From contig VBGT01000051.1 of assembly GCA_005889475.1 (NCBI GenBank), forward strand, positions 1,859 through 65,858: a stretch of DNA of 64,000 nucleotides. Reading direction: 5' to 3'. The position numbers and the translations under genes were made by a program. This DNA is from Chloroflexota bacterium. GTDB taxonomy: Bacteria; Chloroflexota; Limnocylindria; Limnocylindrales; CSP1-4. Numbering within the stretch: position 1 is the first letter of the stretch; every line of letters starts with the position of its first letter. The notes below the pieces were generated by a model that ran no database searches, was not told where the DNA came from, and saw nothing but the letters and a program-made list of their open reading frames with translations. Of this stretch, positions 40,089 through 49,796 are shown one piece after another.

Positions 40089-40151
40089 TTGACGAATGCG
40101 TCCCGCGCCCTAGAATGCCCGGCAAGTGGTGAGAAGTGGGGAATAGTGGGG
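40089..40151 (+). promoter_or_regulatory. mraZ promoter (TTGACG-16 nt-TAGAAT) followed by three direct GTGG(T/G)G repeats at exact 10-bp spacing (MraZ operator)
   Basis: ttgacg 40089..40094, tagaat 40111..40116. Repeats gtggtg 40126, gtgggg 40136 and gtgggg 40146. A perfect 13-bp hairpin (gaccggctcgcgg ccc ccgcgagccggtc, about 40226..40256) lies in the 5' UTR before the RBS. Confidence 0.7.
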
Positions 40152-40287
40152 ATCCACCGCGAGTCCCTTGGGTCTCCAGCCCCATTCACCGCCAGCGGTC
40201 ATCCGGACGGGCACTCCGGACCCGCGACACCGATGACCGGCTCGCGGCCCCCGCGAGCCGGTCGAAATTCGTCAAGGGGAGTGGGCG

Positions 40288-40716
40288 GTGTTCACCGGCG
40301 AGTACCGGCACACGGTGGACGACAAGGGGCGGCTCGCGATCCCGGCGCGCTTTCGGGCGCAGCTCGAGGGCGGCGCGGTGCTGTCTCGCTGGATCGACGG
40401 TTGCCTCGCCATCCACACCCGAGCCGGCTGGGACGCCCTCTCCGCCAAGGTCTCGAGCCTCGCGCTGACCGACCCCGCAGGCCGGCTCTTCGAACGAGCG
40501 ATCTTCGCCGGCGCCCTCGAGGCTGAGTTGGACCGCCAGGGGCGGGTCCTCGTGCCGGCCTACCTGCGGACCGAGATGGGCATCGGCGCCGAGGCGCTGG
40601 TCATCGGCGTGCGCGACCACGGCGAGATCTGGGCGCCGGATCGCTGGCAGGCCTACCGGCGCGAGATGGACGACCCGGCGCGGTTTGCCGACGCCATCCG
40701 TGGCCTCGGGATCTGA
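40288..40716 (+). CDS. mraZ: Transcriptional regulator MraZ
   Basis: 142 aa, GTG start. Duplicated MraZ motifs (DDKGRLAIPARFR and DRQGRVLVPAYLR). Confidence 0.92.
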   Translation: MFTGEYRHTVDDKGRLAIPARFRAQLEGGAVLSRWIDGCLAIHTRAGWDALSAKVSSLALTDPAGRLFERAIFAGALEAELDRQGRVLVPAYLRTEMGIGAEALVIGVRDHGEIWAPDRWQAYRREMDDPARFADAIRGLGI

Positions 40717-40720
40717 GCCG

Positions 40721-41698
40721 GTGACGACCGACGACGCCGTGCCGAGCGGCCAGCCCGTGACCCACGTGCCGGTGCTCGCCGACGAGGTCATGGCGATGCT
40801 CGCGCCCGCGGCGGGCAGTCGCCAGGTCGACGCCACGCTGGGCGGCGGGGGCCACGCCGAACGCATCATCGAGGCCACCGATCCTGATGGCCGCCTCCTC
40901 GGTCTCGACGCCGACGAGGCGGCCATCGCCAGGGTCAGGGCCCGTCTCGGCCCACGGTTCGGTGATCGACTCCGCCTCCGCCAGGCGAACTTCCGCGAGC
41001 TCGCAACGGTCGCGCCCGAGGAGGGCTTCGACGCGGTCGATGGCTGCCTCTTCGACCTCGGGCTGTCGAGCTTCCAGCTCGCCGACGCGGAACGTGGCTT
41101 CGGGATCCGGACGGGTGGCCCGCTCGACATGCGCTTCGACGCGAGCCGCGGCGTGCCGGCCTTCGAGCTGCTGGCGACGCTTGACCAGGACGAGCTGACC
41201 GCGCTGTTCCGGCGCTACGGCGAGGAGCCGTTCGCGGGCCGGATCGCGCGCGGCATCGTCGAATCGCGCCGGAGCGCCCCGATCCGCACCGCCGAGGAGC
41301 TGGCGGCGCTCGTGGCTCGCGTCGCGCCGGGCCGCGCGCCGGGCCGCCGCCGCGTGCACCCAGCCACCCGCGTGTTCCAGGCGTTGCGCATCGCCGTCAA
41401 CGAAGAGCTCGATGCCCTCGAGGCCGGGCTGGCCGCCGCGGTCGACCTCCTCCGACCCGGCGGCCGGCTCGTCGTCCTGAGCTACCACTCGCTCGAGGAC
41501 CGGATCGTCAAGCGCTTCCTCCAGGCCGAGCGCCGGGGCTGCACCTGCCCGCCCGAGGTTCCCGTGTGCGTCTGCGGCCGCGAGCCGCGACTGCGCCTGC
41601 TCGCGCCCAAGGGCCTCGTTCCTTCAGCTGCCGAGATCGTCGCCAATCCCCGCGCCCGGAGCGCCCGGCTGCGCGCCGCGGAACGGATGGCCGCCTAG
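40721..41698 (+). CDS. rsmH: 16S rRNA (cytosine1402-N4)-methyltransferase RsmH (MraW)
   Basis: GTG start after the mraZ stop. Motifs HVPVLADEV, DATLGGGGHAE, LAPGGRLVVLSYHSLEDRIVK. Confidence 0.9.
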   Translation: MTTDDAVPSGQPVTHVPVLADEVMAMLAPAAGSRQVDATLGGGGHAERIIEATDPDGRLLGLDADEAAIARVRARLGPRFGDRLRLRQANFRELATVAPEEGFDAVDGCLFDLGLSSFQLADAERGFGIRTGGPLDMRFDASRGVPAFELLATLDQDELTALFRRYGEEPFAGRIARGIVESRRSAPIRTAEELAALVARVAPGRAPGRRRVHPATRVFQALRIAVNEELDALEAGLAAAVDLLRPGGRLVVLSYHSLEDRIVKRFLQAERRGCTCPPEVPVCVCGREPRLRLLAPKGLVPSAAEIVANPRARSARLRAAERMAA

Positions 41699-41765
41699 TC
41701 GCCCAGCCACGCCCCGAACGAACACGGATGAGCAGCGAAGCCCCGTTGCGGAGGAGGAGCACCAC

Positions 41766-41960
41766 GTGAGCAAGCGCCACACGGCGAGTCGACGTCGGAG
41801 CTACGGCCGGCGCCAGCACGAGCTGCACGAGCGGATGGACCAGCGGACGGAACGCGGCCGCGGCGAGCGCGCGTGGCGCGCCGGGGACGAGCTGTCATCG
41901 GAGCCTCTCGGCTACCTCGACGGTCGTGCGCCGGGCCACCCCGTCGGCTTCATCGACTGA
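41766..41960 (+). CDS. Hypothetical Arg-rich small protein (64 aa) translationally coupled to ftsL
   Basis: GGAGGAGGAG RBS 6 nt before GTG. GC3 about 87% in this frame. The stop TGA overlaps the ftsL ATG (TGATG). The overlapping out-of-frame ATG at 41873 is rejected. Confidence 0.55.
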   Translation: MSKRHTASRRRSYGRRQHELHERMDQRTERGRGERAWRAGDELSSEPLGYLDGRAPGHPVGFID

Positions 41961-42400
41961 TGGCCGTCTACGAGGGCGCCCGCCGCCGGGCCCCGCTGCC
42001 ACTCGGGCTCGACGGCCTGACCCGAGAGGGCCGCGGCGCTCGCACGCGTGGCGACGCGGCCGCGGAGCGAACGCCGAAGCGCCAGGGCCGCGCGGCCGTG
42101 GGACGCCGCCCCGCCCGCAGCGCAAAGAAGCGCCCCCGGCCATCGTCCGTGGGCATCGCGCTCTCCGCGATCGTGCTCGTGTTCAGCGCGGCGTTCCTGT
42201 CGCTGAGCCAGAGCGTGCGCGTCGCGGCGACGGGCTACGACATCGTGCGGCTCGTCTCCGAGCACGACCGGCTCGACGCGATCCGCCAGGACCTGCAATC
42301 CGACGTGGAGCGACTGCGCAGCGAGCCGGCCATCCGCAAGGAGGCGCTGGACGGCGGCCTCGGCCAGCTCGGCGCCCCGCTGCTCGTCCCCGCCCGCTAG
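41960..42400 (+). CDS. ftsL: Cell division protein FtsL-like
   Basis: Basic cytoplasmic N-terminus, a single TM (IALSAIVLVFSAAFLSL), and a coiled-coil periplasmic part. Located between rsmH and ftsI. Confidence 0.7.
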   Translation: MAVYEGARRRAPLPLGLDGLTREGRGARTRGDAAAERTPKRQGRAAVGRRPARSAKKRPRPSSVGIALSAIVLVFSAAFLSLSQSVRVAATGYDIVRLVSEHDRLDAIRQDLQSDVERLRSEPAIRKEALDGGLGQLGAPLLVPAR

Positions 42401-42415
42401 CGAGCGACGACCACC

Positions 42416-44239
42416 ATGCCCGGTCGAACCGATTCTGGGGGCCGCCTGCTCCTGCTCCTGATCGTGTTCGTCCTCGGCGCGGGCGCGCTCGTCACGCGCC
42501 TCGGGTACTGGCAGCTCGTCAAGCACGACGACCTCGTCGAGAGCGCGCACCGGCAGATCTACTACCGGGCCGAGGTGCCCAGCCAGCGCGGCCAGATCTA
42601 CGACCGGAGTGGCACGATCGTCCTCGCCGCGAGCGTGACCCGGGACCGGCTCATCGTGAACGCCGAGGAGCTGAGCGCTGAGCAGCGGGCGACCACGGTC
42701 GAGTTCCTCGCGGCGCAGCTCGGCCTGGACCCGATCGCGAGCGGCCAGCTCGCGGCCAAGCTCGCGACCGGCAAGCCGTACCTGGTGATCGCGCGGGACC
42801 TGCCACCCGAGAAGTCGACCGTGATCGAGGCGGCCGCCACAGCCGCGGGGATCGGCGGGATCACGTTCGAGTCGGACTCGGCGCGGAGCTACCCGCAGGC
42901 CGGCGGCGGCCCGAAGAGCAGCCTCGCCGCGCAGCTCATCGGCTTCGTCAATCGTGATGGCGACGGCCAGTACGGGGTCGAGCAGTTCTACCAGGACGTC
43001 CTCGCCGGCCAGCCGAAGGTCGTCGAGGCCGACCGCGACGCGAACGGCGAGCCCCTGCTGGAGACGGAACGCACGGTCGAGCCGGGTGTGCCCGGGCGCG
43101 ACATCAGGCTCACGATCGACGCGGGCCTGCAGCTGGCGCTCGAGCAGGAGGTCATGGCGGCGCGAATCGCGAACCATGCCGCGTCCGTCTCGGCAGTGGT
43201 CATGGATCCCTGGAACGGCGAGATCTACGCCGAGGCGACCTATCCGTCCTACGACGCCAACCGGTACGCGGCGATCGCGAGCGACGACCCGTCGGTCTTC
43301 GTCGACCCGATCGTGTCCAACGTCTACGAGCCCGGCTCGGTGTTCAAGATGCTGACCGTCCTCGCCGGCCTGGAGCAGGGCACGACGTCGCTCGACCGCG
43401 TCTACGACGACACCGGGAAGATGCGTCTCGACGGCGGCGAGACGAAGATCACGGATGCCGATAACAAGGCGATGGGCCGCCTCAAGCTCGAGGACGCGAT
43501 CGCCTATTCGCGCAACATCGTCGCCGCGAAGGTCGCCTTCGGGCTCGCGCCCACCACCAGCGAGGCGTCGACGATCCTCCACGAGGTCTGGATGCGGCTG
43601 GGTATGGGCAGCCTCACCGGCGTCGACGTCGCGGGCGAGGTCCGGGGCCTGGTCAACGACCCCGCCATCACCAGATGGAGTGAAAGCGATCTCGCGAACG
43701 GGTCGTTCGGGCAGGGCGTCGCGATCACCGAGATCCAGCTCGCCCGGGCGTACGCTGCGCTGATCAACGGCGGCGTGCTGGTGCAGCCGCACGTCGTTGC
43801 CGGGATCGGCACGGAACCAGTTTCGGTGACGACCAATGCACCGGTGCTCGACCCGAGCCTCAGCCCTCCGCTCGCGGGCTTGATGGAGCACGTCCTCGCC
43901 AGCCCGTGGTACGTCGACCAGGCGCGGGTGCCGGGCTACTGGATCGGCGGCAAGACCGGCACGGCCCAGGTGTGGGACCCGGAGCGAAATCGGTGGCGCC
44001 CGAACACCTTCAACTTCTCGTGCGTCGGGTTCATCGGCCGCAAGCAAGGGCACCCGGACCTCGTCGCCGCGGTGCGCATCGGCGAGGCGCCGTTCCTCAT
44101 CACGGCCAGCGGCCAGTCAATCCTCGCGTTCACCGCCCCCGAGCTCTTCCGCCGGGTCGCCACGGACGCGGTCACGACGCCCGGCCTGCTGCCCGTCCCC
44201 GCGCCGGCCGACTCGACAACGGCGCAGGCGGGCGGGTGA
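42416..44239 (+). CDS. ftsI: Peptidoglycan D,D-transpeptidase FtsI (class B PBP)
   Basis: 607 aa. N-terminal TM, PBP dimerisation and transpeptidase domains (SVFK, SRN, KTG motifs: GSVFKMLTV, YSRNI, GKTGTA). Confidence 0.92.
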   Translation: MPGRTDSGGRLLLLLIVFVLGAGALVTRLGYWQLVKHDDLVESAHRQIYYRAEVPSQRGQIYDRSGTIVLAASVTRDRLIVNAEELSAEQRATTVEFLAAQLGLDPIASGQLAAKLATGKPYLVIARDLPPEKSTVIEAAATAAGIGGITFESDSARSYPQAGGGPKSSLAAQLIGFVNRDGDGQYGVEQFYQDVLAGQPKVVEADRDANGEPLLETERTVEPGVPGRDIRLTIDAGLQLALEQEVMAARIANHAASVSAVVMDPWNGEIYAEATYPSYDANRYAAIASDDPSVFVDPIVSNVYEPGSVFKMLTVLAGLEQGTTSLDRVYDDTGKMRLDGGETKITDADNKAMGRLKLEDAIAYSRNIVAAKVAFGLAPTTSEASTILHEVWMRLGMGSLTGVDVAGEVRGLVNDPAITRWSESDLANGSFGQGVAITEIQLARAYAALINGGVLVQPHVVAGIGTEPVSVTTNAPVLDPSLSPPLAGLMEHVLASPWYVDQARVPGYWIGGKTGTAQVWDPERNRWRPNTFNFSCVGFIGRKQGHPDLVAAVRIGEAPFLITASGQSILAFTAPELFRRVATDAVTTPGLLPVPAPADSTTAQAGG

Positions 44240-45753
44240 TCGCCGGAGCGGCGGCGGGCGCCGACGGGCCCTGTGCCAAACTTCGCGGCGTGACGGTCGA
44301 GGGCCCGCAGCCGCCCAGCGCGGGCGCCCGCTCCCGGGGCGCGGACGCCCCGGCCTTCACCGCCGACGAGCTCCGGCGCCTGACCGGGGGCCGCCTCCTG
44401 CGCGCGAGCAGCCGGCCGATTCGCGGCGCGTCTGTCGATTCGCGCCTGGTCGGCCCGGGTCAGCTGTTCGTCGCGCTGCCCGGCGAGCGGACCGACGGCC
44501 ATCGCTTCGTCGCCGACGCCGCCGTCGCAGGCGCGGCCGCGCTCGTGGTCTCGCGCCCGGTCGCGGCCGAGGTCCTCGATGCACTCGGCGACGTCACTGT
44601 CCTCGCGGTACCCGACGGACTCGTCGCGCTCGGCGCGCTCGCGGCCGGCTGGCGGGCACGGTTCGACCCGCTGGTCGTCGGCGTGACCGGCAGCATCGCC
44701 AAGACCTCGACCAAGGAGGCCATCGCGGCGGTCCTGGGCACGACCTTCCGGACCCTCCGCAACGAGGGCAACCAGAACAACGAGATCGGGCTACCGCTGA
44801 CGCTGCTCCGGCTCGGTCCCGACCACCGCGCCGCGGTGCTCGAGATGGGCATGTACGCCGGTGGCGAGATCGCGGACCTCGCCCGGATCGCGCGCCCGAG
44901 GATCGGTGTCGTCACCTCCGTGCACGGTGTGCATCTCAGCCGGATGGGCTCGCTGGCGGCCATCGAGCGGGCGAAAGGCGAGCTGGTCGAGGCGCTCCCA
45001 TCCGACGGGGTGGCCGTGCTCAATCACGACGACCGGCGCGTGCGCCGCATGGCCGATCGGACCGCGGCCCGCCTGCTGACCTACGGGCTCGGGAGCGAGG
45101 CCGACGTCACGGCCGACGACGTGGTCTCGGCCGGCTTCGACGGCATGCGCTTCACACTGCGCCTGCCGCCGGCGCGCGGCGGCCGGCCGATCCGCCTCCC
45201 GGCGCGGGTTCCGGGTCTCGGCAAGCTCTCGGTGCACAACGCGCTCGCCGGCGCCGCGGTCGGTGTCGCGGCCGGCATCGACCCCCCGGTCATCGTGGGC
45301 GCGCTCGCCGGCGGCTGGTCCGCGGCGCATCGCGGCCAGGTCATCAAGCTTGGCCGGATCACGCTCATCGACGACGCCTACAACGCGTCGCCGCCATCGG
45401 TCACGGCCGCGCTGGACATGCTCGCCGGGTTGCCGGGCCGGCGGATTGCCGTCCTCGGCGAGATGCTGGAGCTCGGCAGGGGTGCCGTCACCGGCCACCG
45501 CGAGGTCGGCACGGCCGCGGCGGCGACCTGCGACCTGCTCATCGTCGTCGGCGCAGGTGCGTCCGGCATCGCGGCGGGTGCGAAGGCCGCCGGGCTGGAC
45601 CCGTCGCGGATCCTCGAGGCGCGTGACGCCGAGGCGGCGCTGGACCTGCTGCGGGCCCGGCTGCGCGACGGGGACGTCGTCCTCGTCAAGGCGTCCCGCG
45701 GCGTCGAGCTCGACCAGCTCGTCGAGGCGCTGCGCGCGGAGCTCTCGCGATGA
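44236..45753 (+). CDS. murF: UDP-N-acetylmuramoyl-tripeptide--D-alanyl-D-alanine ligase MurF
   Basis: GTG overlapping the ftsI stop. MurF-specific GNQNNEIGLPLTLLRL and P-loop GVTGSIAKTSTKE. Not MurE. Confidence 0.85.
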   Translation: MIAGAAAGADGPCAKLRGVTVEGPQPPSAGARSRGADAPAFTADELRRLTGGRLLRASSRPIRGASVDSRLVGPGQLFVALPGERTDGHRFVADAAVAGAAALVVSRPVAAEVLDALGDVTVLAVPDGLVALGALAAGWRARFDPLVVGVTGSIAKTSTKEAIAAVLGTTFRTLRNEGNQNNEIGLPLTLLRLGPDHRAAVLEMGMYAGGEIADLARIARPRIGVVTSVHGVHLSRMGSLAAIERAKGELVEALPSDGVAVLNHDDRRVRRMADRTAARLLTYGLGSEADVTADDVVSAGFDGMRFTLRLPPARGGRPIRLPARVPGLGKLSVHNALAGAAVGVAAGIDPPVIVGALAGGWSAAHRGQVIKLGRITLIDDAYNASPPSVTAALDMLAGLPGRRIAVLGEMLELGRGAVTGHREVGTAAAATCDLLIVVGAGASGIAAGAKAAGLDPSRILEARDAEAALDLLRARLRDGDVVLVKASRGVELDQLVEALRAELSR

Positions 45754-46742
45754 CGGTCGGCACGGTCGAGATCATCCAGGGCCTGCTGCTCGCCTTCGCG
45801 GTCGTGGTGATCCTGATGCCCGCCTATATCCGCTTCCTGCGGTTCCTGGGGATGGGCAAGCGGATCCGCGAGGAGGGCCCCGAGAGCCACCAGACGAAGG
45901 CCGGCACGCCGACCCTCGGTGGCCTGCTCGTGATCGGCGTGGTGCTCGGGCTGTTCTTCCTCCTGAAGGGGGGCCTGCCCCCGGGCGGCATCATCGCGCC
46001 CATCGCAACGCTGGTGCTCGTCGGCGGGCTCGGCGCGTTCGACGACTACCTCAATGCCAAGACCGGCGAGGGCATCAGCGCCCGCCAGAAGATGCTCTGG
46101 CTCGTCGTCGTTGCCGCGGTCGCCGCCTACCAGATCCAGAACACCTACGCCATCGAGTCGATCGCCGTCCCGTTCATCGGCACGGTGATGATCCACCCGG
46201 CGCTGTACATCGTCTTCGCCGCCTTCGCGATCATTGCCGCGGCGAACGGGGTCAACATCACCGACGGCCTCGACGGCCTCGCCGGCGGGACGCTCGTCTT
46301 CGCCTTCGTCGCATTCGTGTTCGTGGCGCTGCTCAACGTCCCGACGCAGCCCAACCTCGCCGTCCTGTGCGCGCTCATCGTCGGCTCGCTGCTCGGCTTC
46401 CTGTGGTTCAACGTCCATCCCGCCCAGGTGTACATGGGCGACTCGGGCTCGCTGGCGCTGGGCGCGACCCTCGCCGTGACGGCGCTGATCACCGGCCAGA
46501 TCCTGATCCTGCCGCTCGTCGGGCTGGTGTTCGTGATCGAGACCCTGTCCGTCGTCCTCCAGGTCGCCTACTACAAGATGACGCGCGGCCGGCGGATCTT
46601 CCGGATGAGCCCGCTCCACCACCACTACGAGCTGGCGGGCTGGGACGAGGAGAAGATCACGCTGCGTTTCTGGATCGTCGGGATCATCGCGGGGCTGATC
46701 GGCGTGACCCTGTTCCTCGCCGCGATCAACCGGCTGAGCTGA
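45750..46742 (+). CDS. mraY: Phospho-N-acetylmuramoyl-pentapeptide transferase MraY
   Basis: 330 aa, 10 TM, conserved DD/DGLDGLA motifs. Confidence 0.93.
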   Translation: MTVGTVEIIQGLLLAFAVVVILMPAYIRFLRFLGMGKRIREEGPESHQTKAGTPTLGGLLVIGVVLGLFFLLKGGLPPGGIIAPIATLVLVGGLGAFDDYLNAKTGEGISARQKMLWLVVVAAVAAYQIQNTYAIESIAVPFIGTVMIHPALYIVFAAFAIIAAANGVNITDGLDGLAGGTLVFAFVAFVFVALLNVPTQPNLAVLCALIVGSLLGFLWFNVHPAQVYMGDSGSLALGATLAVTALITGQILILPLVGLVFVIETLSVVLQVAYYKMTRGRRIFRMSPLHHHYELAGWDEEKITLRFWIVGIIAGLIGVTLFLAAINRLS

Positions 46743-46743
46743 C

Positions 46744-48321
46744 GTGATGACCGCCGATCGTCCCGACATCGTGGCCAGCACATCGGGAGGTCAGGCCACC
46801 CTCGACCCCGCGAATCTCGTGCCCGGGGCCCTCACGACCGGCGTCTTCCGCGGCCGGCCGGTGAGCGTGCTCGGGTTCGCCCGATCCGGGATCGCCCTGG
46901 CGCGCTTCCTCGCCGACGCCGGCGCCATCGTGTCGGTCTACGACGCGCGGCCCGCCGGCGACCTGGCGCGCGCCGTCGCGGCGCTGGAGGGCCGGCCGGT
47001 CCGACAGCTCTTCGGCCCTGACGTCAACCCGGGCGAGGCGCTCGCCGGGGCGAGCCTCGTCGCGACCTCGCCGTCGATCAACGCCGACTACCCGACCACG
47101 GAGCCGCGACTGCGCGGGGCGCTGGCCGAGCTGGTCGCACGCCGTGCCGCGGGCGACACGGCGGCGCCGGCCGTGATCTCCGAGGTCGACCTGTTCCTGC
47201 GACTGTGTCCGTCGCCGACGATCGGGATCACCGGCACGAAGGGCAAGACGACGACGTCGGCGCTGACCCACGCCCTTCTCGCCACCGACCCGGACCATGC
47301 CGCGGTCCTCGGCGGGAACATCGGCGCGCCGCTGGTCGAGCGGCTGCCGGAGCTGACCCCTCGCCATCGGGTCGTGCTCGAGCTGTCCGAGCTCCAGCTC
47401 CCGACGCTGTCCCGGGGCACGACCGTGGCCGTGTACACCAACGTGACCGCGGACCACCTGGACCGGCACGGCAGCCTCGAGGCGTACCGAGCCGTGAAGC
47501 GGAGGCTGGCTGAGCTCGTCGATCCCGCCGGAGCGCTGGTGCTGAACGCCGACGACCCCGTCGTCGCCGGCTACGACGCGGCGACGAGTGCTCGGGTCGT
47601 GCGCTACCGCCGGGGCGAGGTGCCGCCCGATGGGCTGGGCGTCGCGCACGGCTGGATCGTGGCCGACGCCATCGCACCGCTCGACGAAACCGGCGCGAAC
47701 GCCGGTCCGGCGGGATCGGCGGGCGGCCGGATCATGCCAATCAGCGAGCTGGGCGTGCCCGGCGCCCACAACGTGTCCAACGCCCTCGCGGCGACCGCCG
47801 TTGCGCTGGTCTTTGGGATCCCACCCGAGTCGATCCGGCGCGCGGCGCGCGAGTTCAGCGGCGTCGAGCACCGCCTCGAGCGGGTGGCCGAGGTCGATGG
47901 GGTGCGCTTCGTCAACGACTCCCAGGGCACGCAGCCCGACGCCGTCATCGCGGCGCTGCGCGCCTTCGAGCCGCCGATCGTGCTCATCGCCGGCGGCCGG
48001 GACAAGGGCGTCGACCTGGCCGAGCTCGGGCAGGTGGTCGGCGAGCGCGTCGCCGCCGCGGTGCTCATCGGCGAGAGCGGGCCGGCGCTGGAGCGACTGT
48101 TCCGGGCCGCCGGCCTCGCGACGACGGAGCGCGCAGCCACGCTCGAGGATGCCGTCGAGGCGGCCGATGCCCTCGCCCGCGATGCCCGTCGGGCGACCGG
48201 CGCCACGGCCACCGTGCTGCTCAGCCCGGCCGCGGCCAGCTTCGATATGTTCGCGGACTACGAGGCCCGCGGCCGGGCGTTCAAGGCCGCCGTCGCTCGC
48301 CTGGCAGGGGAGCAGGGCTGA
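46744..48321 (+). CDS. murD: UDP-N-acetylmuramoylalanine--D-glutamate ligase MurD
   Basis: 525 aa. P-loop GITGTKGKTTTSAL. Mur ligase domains. Confidence 0.9.
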   Translation: MMTADRPDIVASTSGGQATLDPANLVPGALTTGVFRGRPVSVLGFARSGIALARFLADAGAIVSVYDARPAGDLARAVAALEGRPVRQLFGPDVNPGEALAGASLVATSPSINADYPTTEPRLRGALAELVARRAAGDTAAPAVISEVDLFLRLCPSPTIGITGTKGKTTTSALTHALLATDPDHAAVLGGNIGAPLVERLPELTPRHRVVLELSELQLPTLSRGTTVAVYTNVTADHLDRHGSLEAYRAVKRRLAELVDPAGALVLNADDPVVAGYDAATSARVVRYRRGEVPPDGLGVAHGWIVADAIAPLDETGANAGPAGSAGGRIMPISELGVPGAHNVSNALAATAVALVFGIPPESIRRAAREFSGVEHRLERVAEVDGVRFVNDSQGTQPDAVIAALRAFEPPIVLIAGGRDKGVDLAELGQVVGERVAAAVLIGESGPALERLFRAAGLATTERAATLEDAVEAADALARDARRATGATATVLLSPAAASFDMFADYEARGRAFKAAVARLAGEQG

Positions 48322-49796
48322 TGGATCTCGTCGGCCGCCTGCCCTTCGGCTCCCGTCCAGCGAAGCCGTCGCGCGGCCGTGGGCGGACGCTCACGGGGTC
48401 GTCGCGCCGGGCCGATCGCATCGCGGACGCCGGCGCGACGGCCGAGCCGCGCACGGCGCGCCGAACCGCCGCGGCCGCCGCCGCGACCGCTCGACCGGCG
48501 GCCCGTGGCGCCTCTGACGTGCTGCGCCGCGAGCGGCACCAGGCGGACTACTCGATCCTGCTCGCCGTCGTTGCCCTCGCCGCGATCGGCATCCTGATGG
48601 TGTTCTCGTCGTCGGCGATGCACGCCTACATCGAGCGCGACGACACGCTCGCGATCGTCGGCCCGCAGATCTTCTGGGCCGCGCTCGGGCTCCTCGTGAT
48701 GGTCGCGGTCATGCGCGTCGACTATCGCTGGCTGCGGCTCGTGTCCGTGCCCGGCTACGCGATCGCGCTCGCATTGCTCGTCCTCGTATTCGTGCCGTCG
48801 TTCAATCGCGTCGTCGGTGGCTCCGCTCGCTGGCTGGTGGTCGGCCCGCTCCCGGCGGTCCACCCGGCCGAGATCGCCAAGCTCGCGCTGATCGTCTATC
48901 TCGCCCACTGGATGGCCAACAAGGGCAAGCACATCAGCGGCTTCCGGTCCGGCACCGTGCCGTTCCTGCTCATCGCGGTGCCGGTCATCGCCCTTGTGTT
49001 CAAGGAGCCCGACCTCGGCACGACCGTGGTCATCGCGCTCGCCGCGTTCACGATGTTCTTCACCGCCGGCGCGAGCCTGTGGCAGCTCGGCGCGATGGGC
49101 GCGGTCGGCTTCCTGGGCGTGCTCTTCGTCGGCCTGCGCGACTACCAGATCGAGCGCATCCGGACGTTCCTCGACCCGTGGGCAGACCCGCTCGGGACCG
49201 GCTTCCACACGATCCAGGGCCTGCTCGCGCTCGGCCTCGGCGGCATCTTCGGGTCGGGTCTCGGCGAGAGCAAGCTCGCCGGCGGGCTGTACCTGCCCAA
49301 CGCCTGGAACGACTTCATCTTCGCGATCATCGGCGAGGAGTTCGGGTTCATCGGGGCCGCCCTCGTCATCGGCCTGTTCGTCCTGCTCGCGTATGCCGGG
49401 ATCCGGACGGCGCTTCGCGCACCGGACACGTTCGGCGCCCTGCTCGCGGCCGGCATCACCGCCTGGCTGTGCTTCCAGGCGTTCGTCAACGTCGCCGTCG
49501 TGGTGGCGCTGCTCCCGGTCACCGGCATCACGCTCCCGTTCATCAGCGCCGGCGGCTCGTCGCTGGTCGTCAGCTTCGCCGCCGTCGGGATCCTGCTCTC
49601 GATCTCCCGCGAGACGCTCGAGCCGCGGCCGGCACCCGAAAAGACCGTCCGAGTCGAGGCTCGCGCCGAGACCCGCCCCGGGAGCGCAGCGCGGAGGTCA
49701 GATGCGGCTGCTGATCGCGGCCGGGGGAACCGGGGGACACATCTACCCGGCCCTCGCCGTCGCGACGTCGATCCGTCGCCGACCCGCCGCGCCTGA
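48321..49796 (+). CDS. ftsW: Peptidoglycan glycosyltransferase FtsW (SEDS family). The 3' end overlaps the murG start by about 95 nt.
   Basis: 491 aa. Long basic N-terminal extension, then the SEDS core. The ATG overlaps the murD stop. Confidence 0.85.
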   Translation: MDLVGRLPFGSRPAKPSRGRGRTLTGSSRRADRIADAGATAEPRTARRTAAAAAATARPAARGASDVLRRERHQADYSILLAVVALAAIGILMVFSSSAMHAYIERDDTLAIVGPQIFWAALGLLVMVAVMRVDYRWLRLVSVPGYAIALALLVLVFVPSFNRVVGGSARWLVVGPLPAVHPAEIAKLALIVYLAHWMANKGKHISGFRSGTVPFLLIAVPVIALVFKEPDLGTTVVIALAAFTMFFTAGASLWQLGAMGAVGFLGVLFVGLRDYQIERIRTFLDPWADPLGTGFHTIQGLLALGLGGIFGSGLGESKLAGGLYLPNAWNDFIFAIIGEEFGFIGAALVIGLFVLLAYAGIRTALRAPDTFGALLAAGITAWLCFQAFVNVAVVVALLPVTGITLPFISAGGSSLVVSFAAVGILLSISRETLEPRPAPEKTVRVEARAETRPGSAARRSDAAADRGRGNRGTHLPGPRRRDVDPSPTRRA

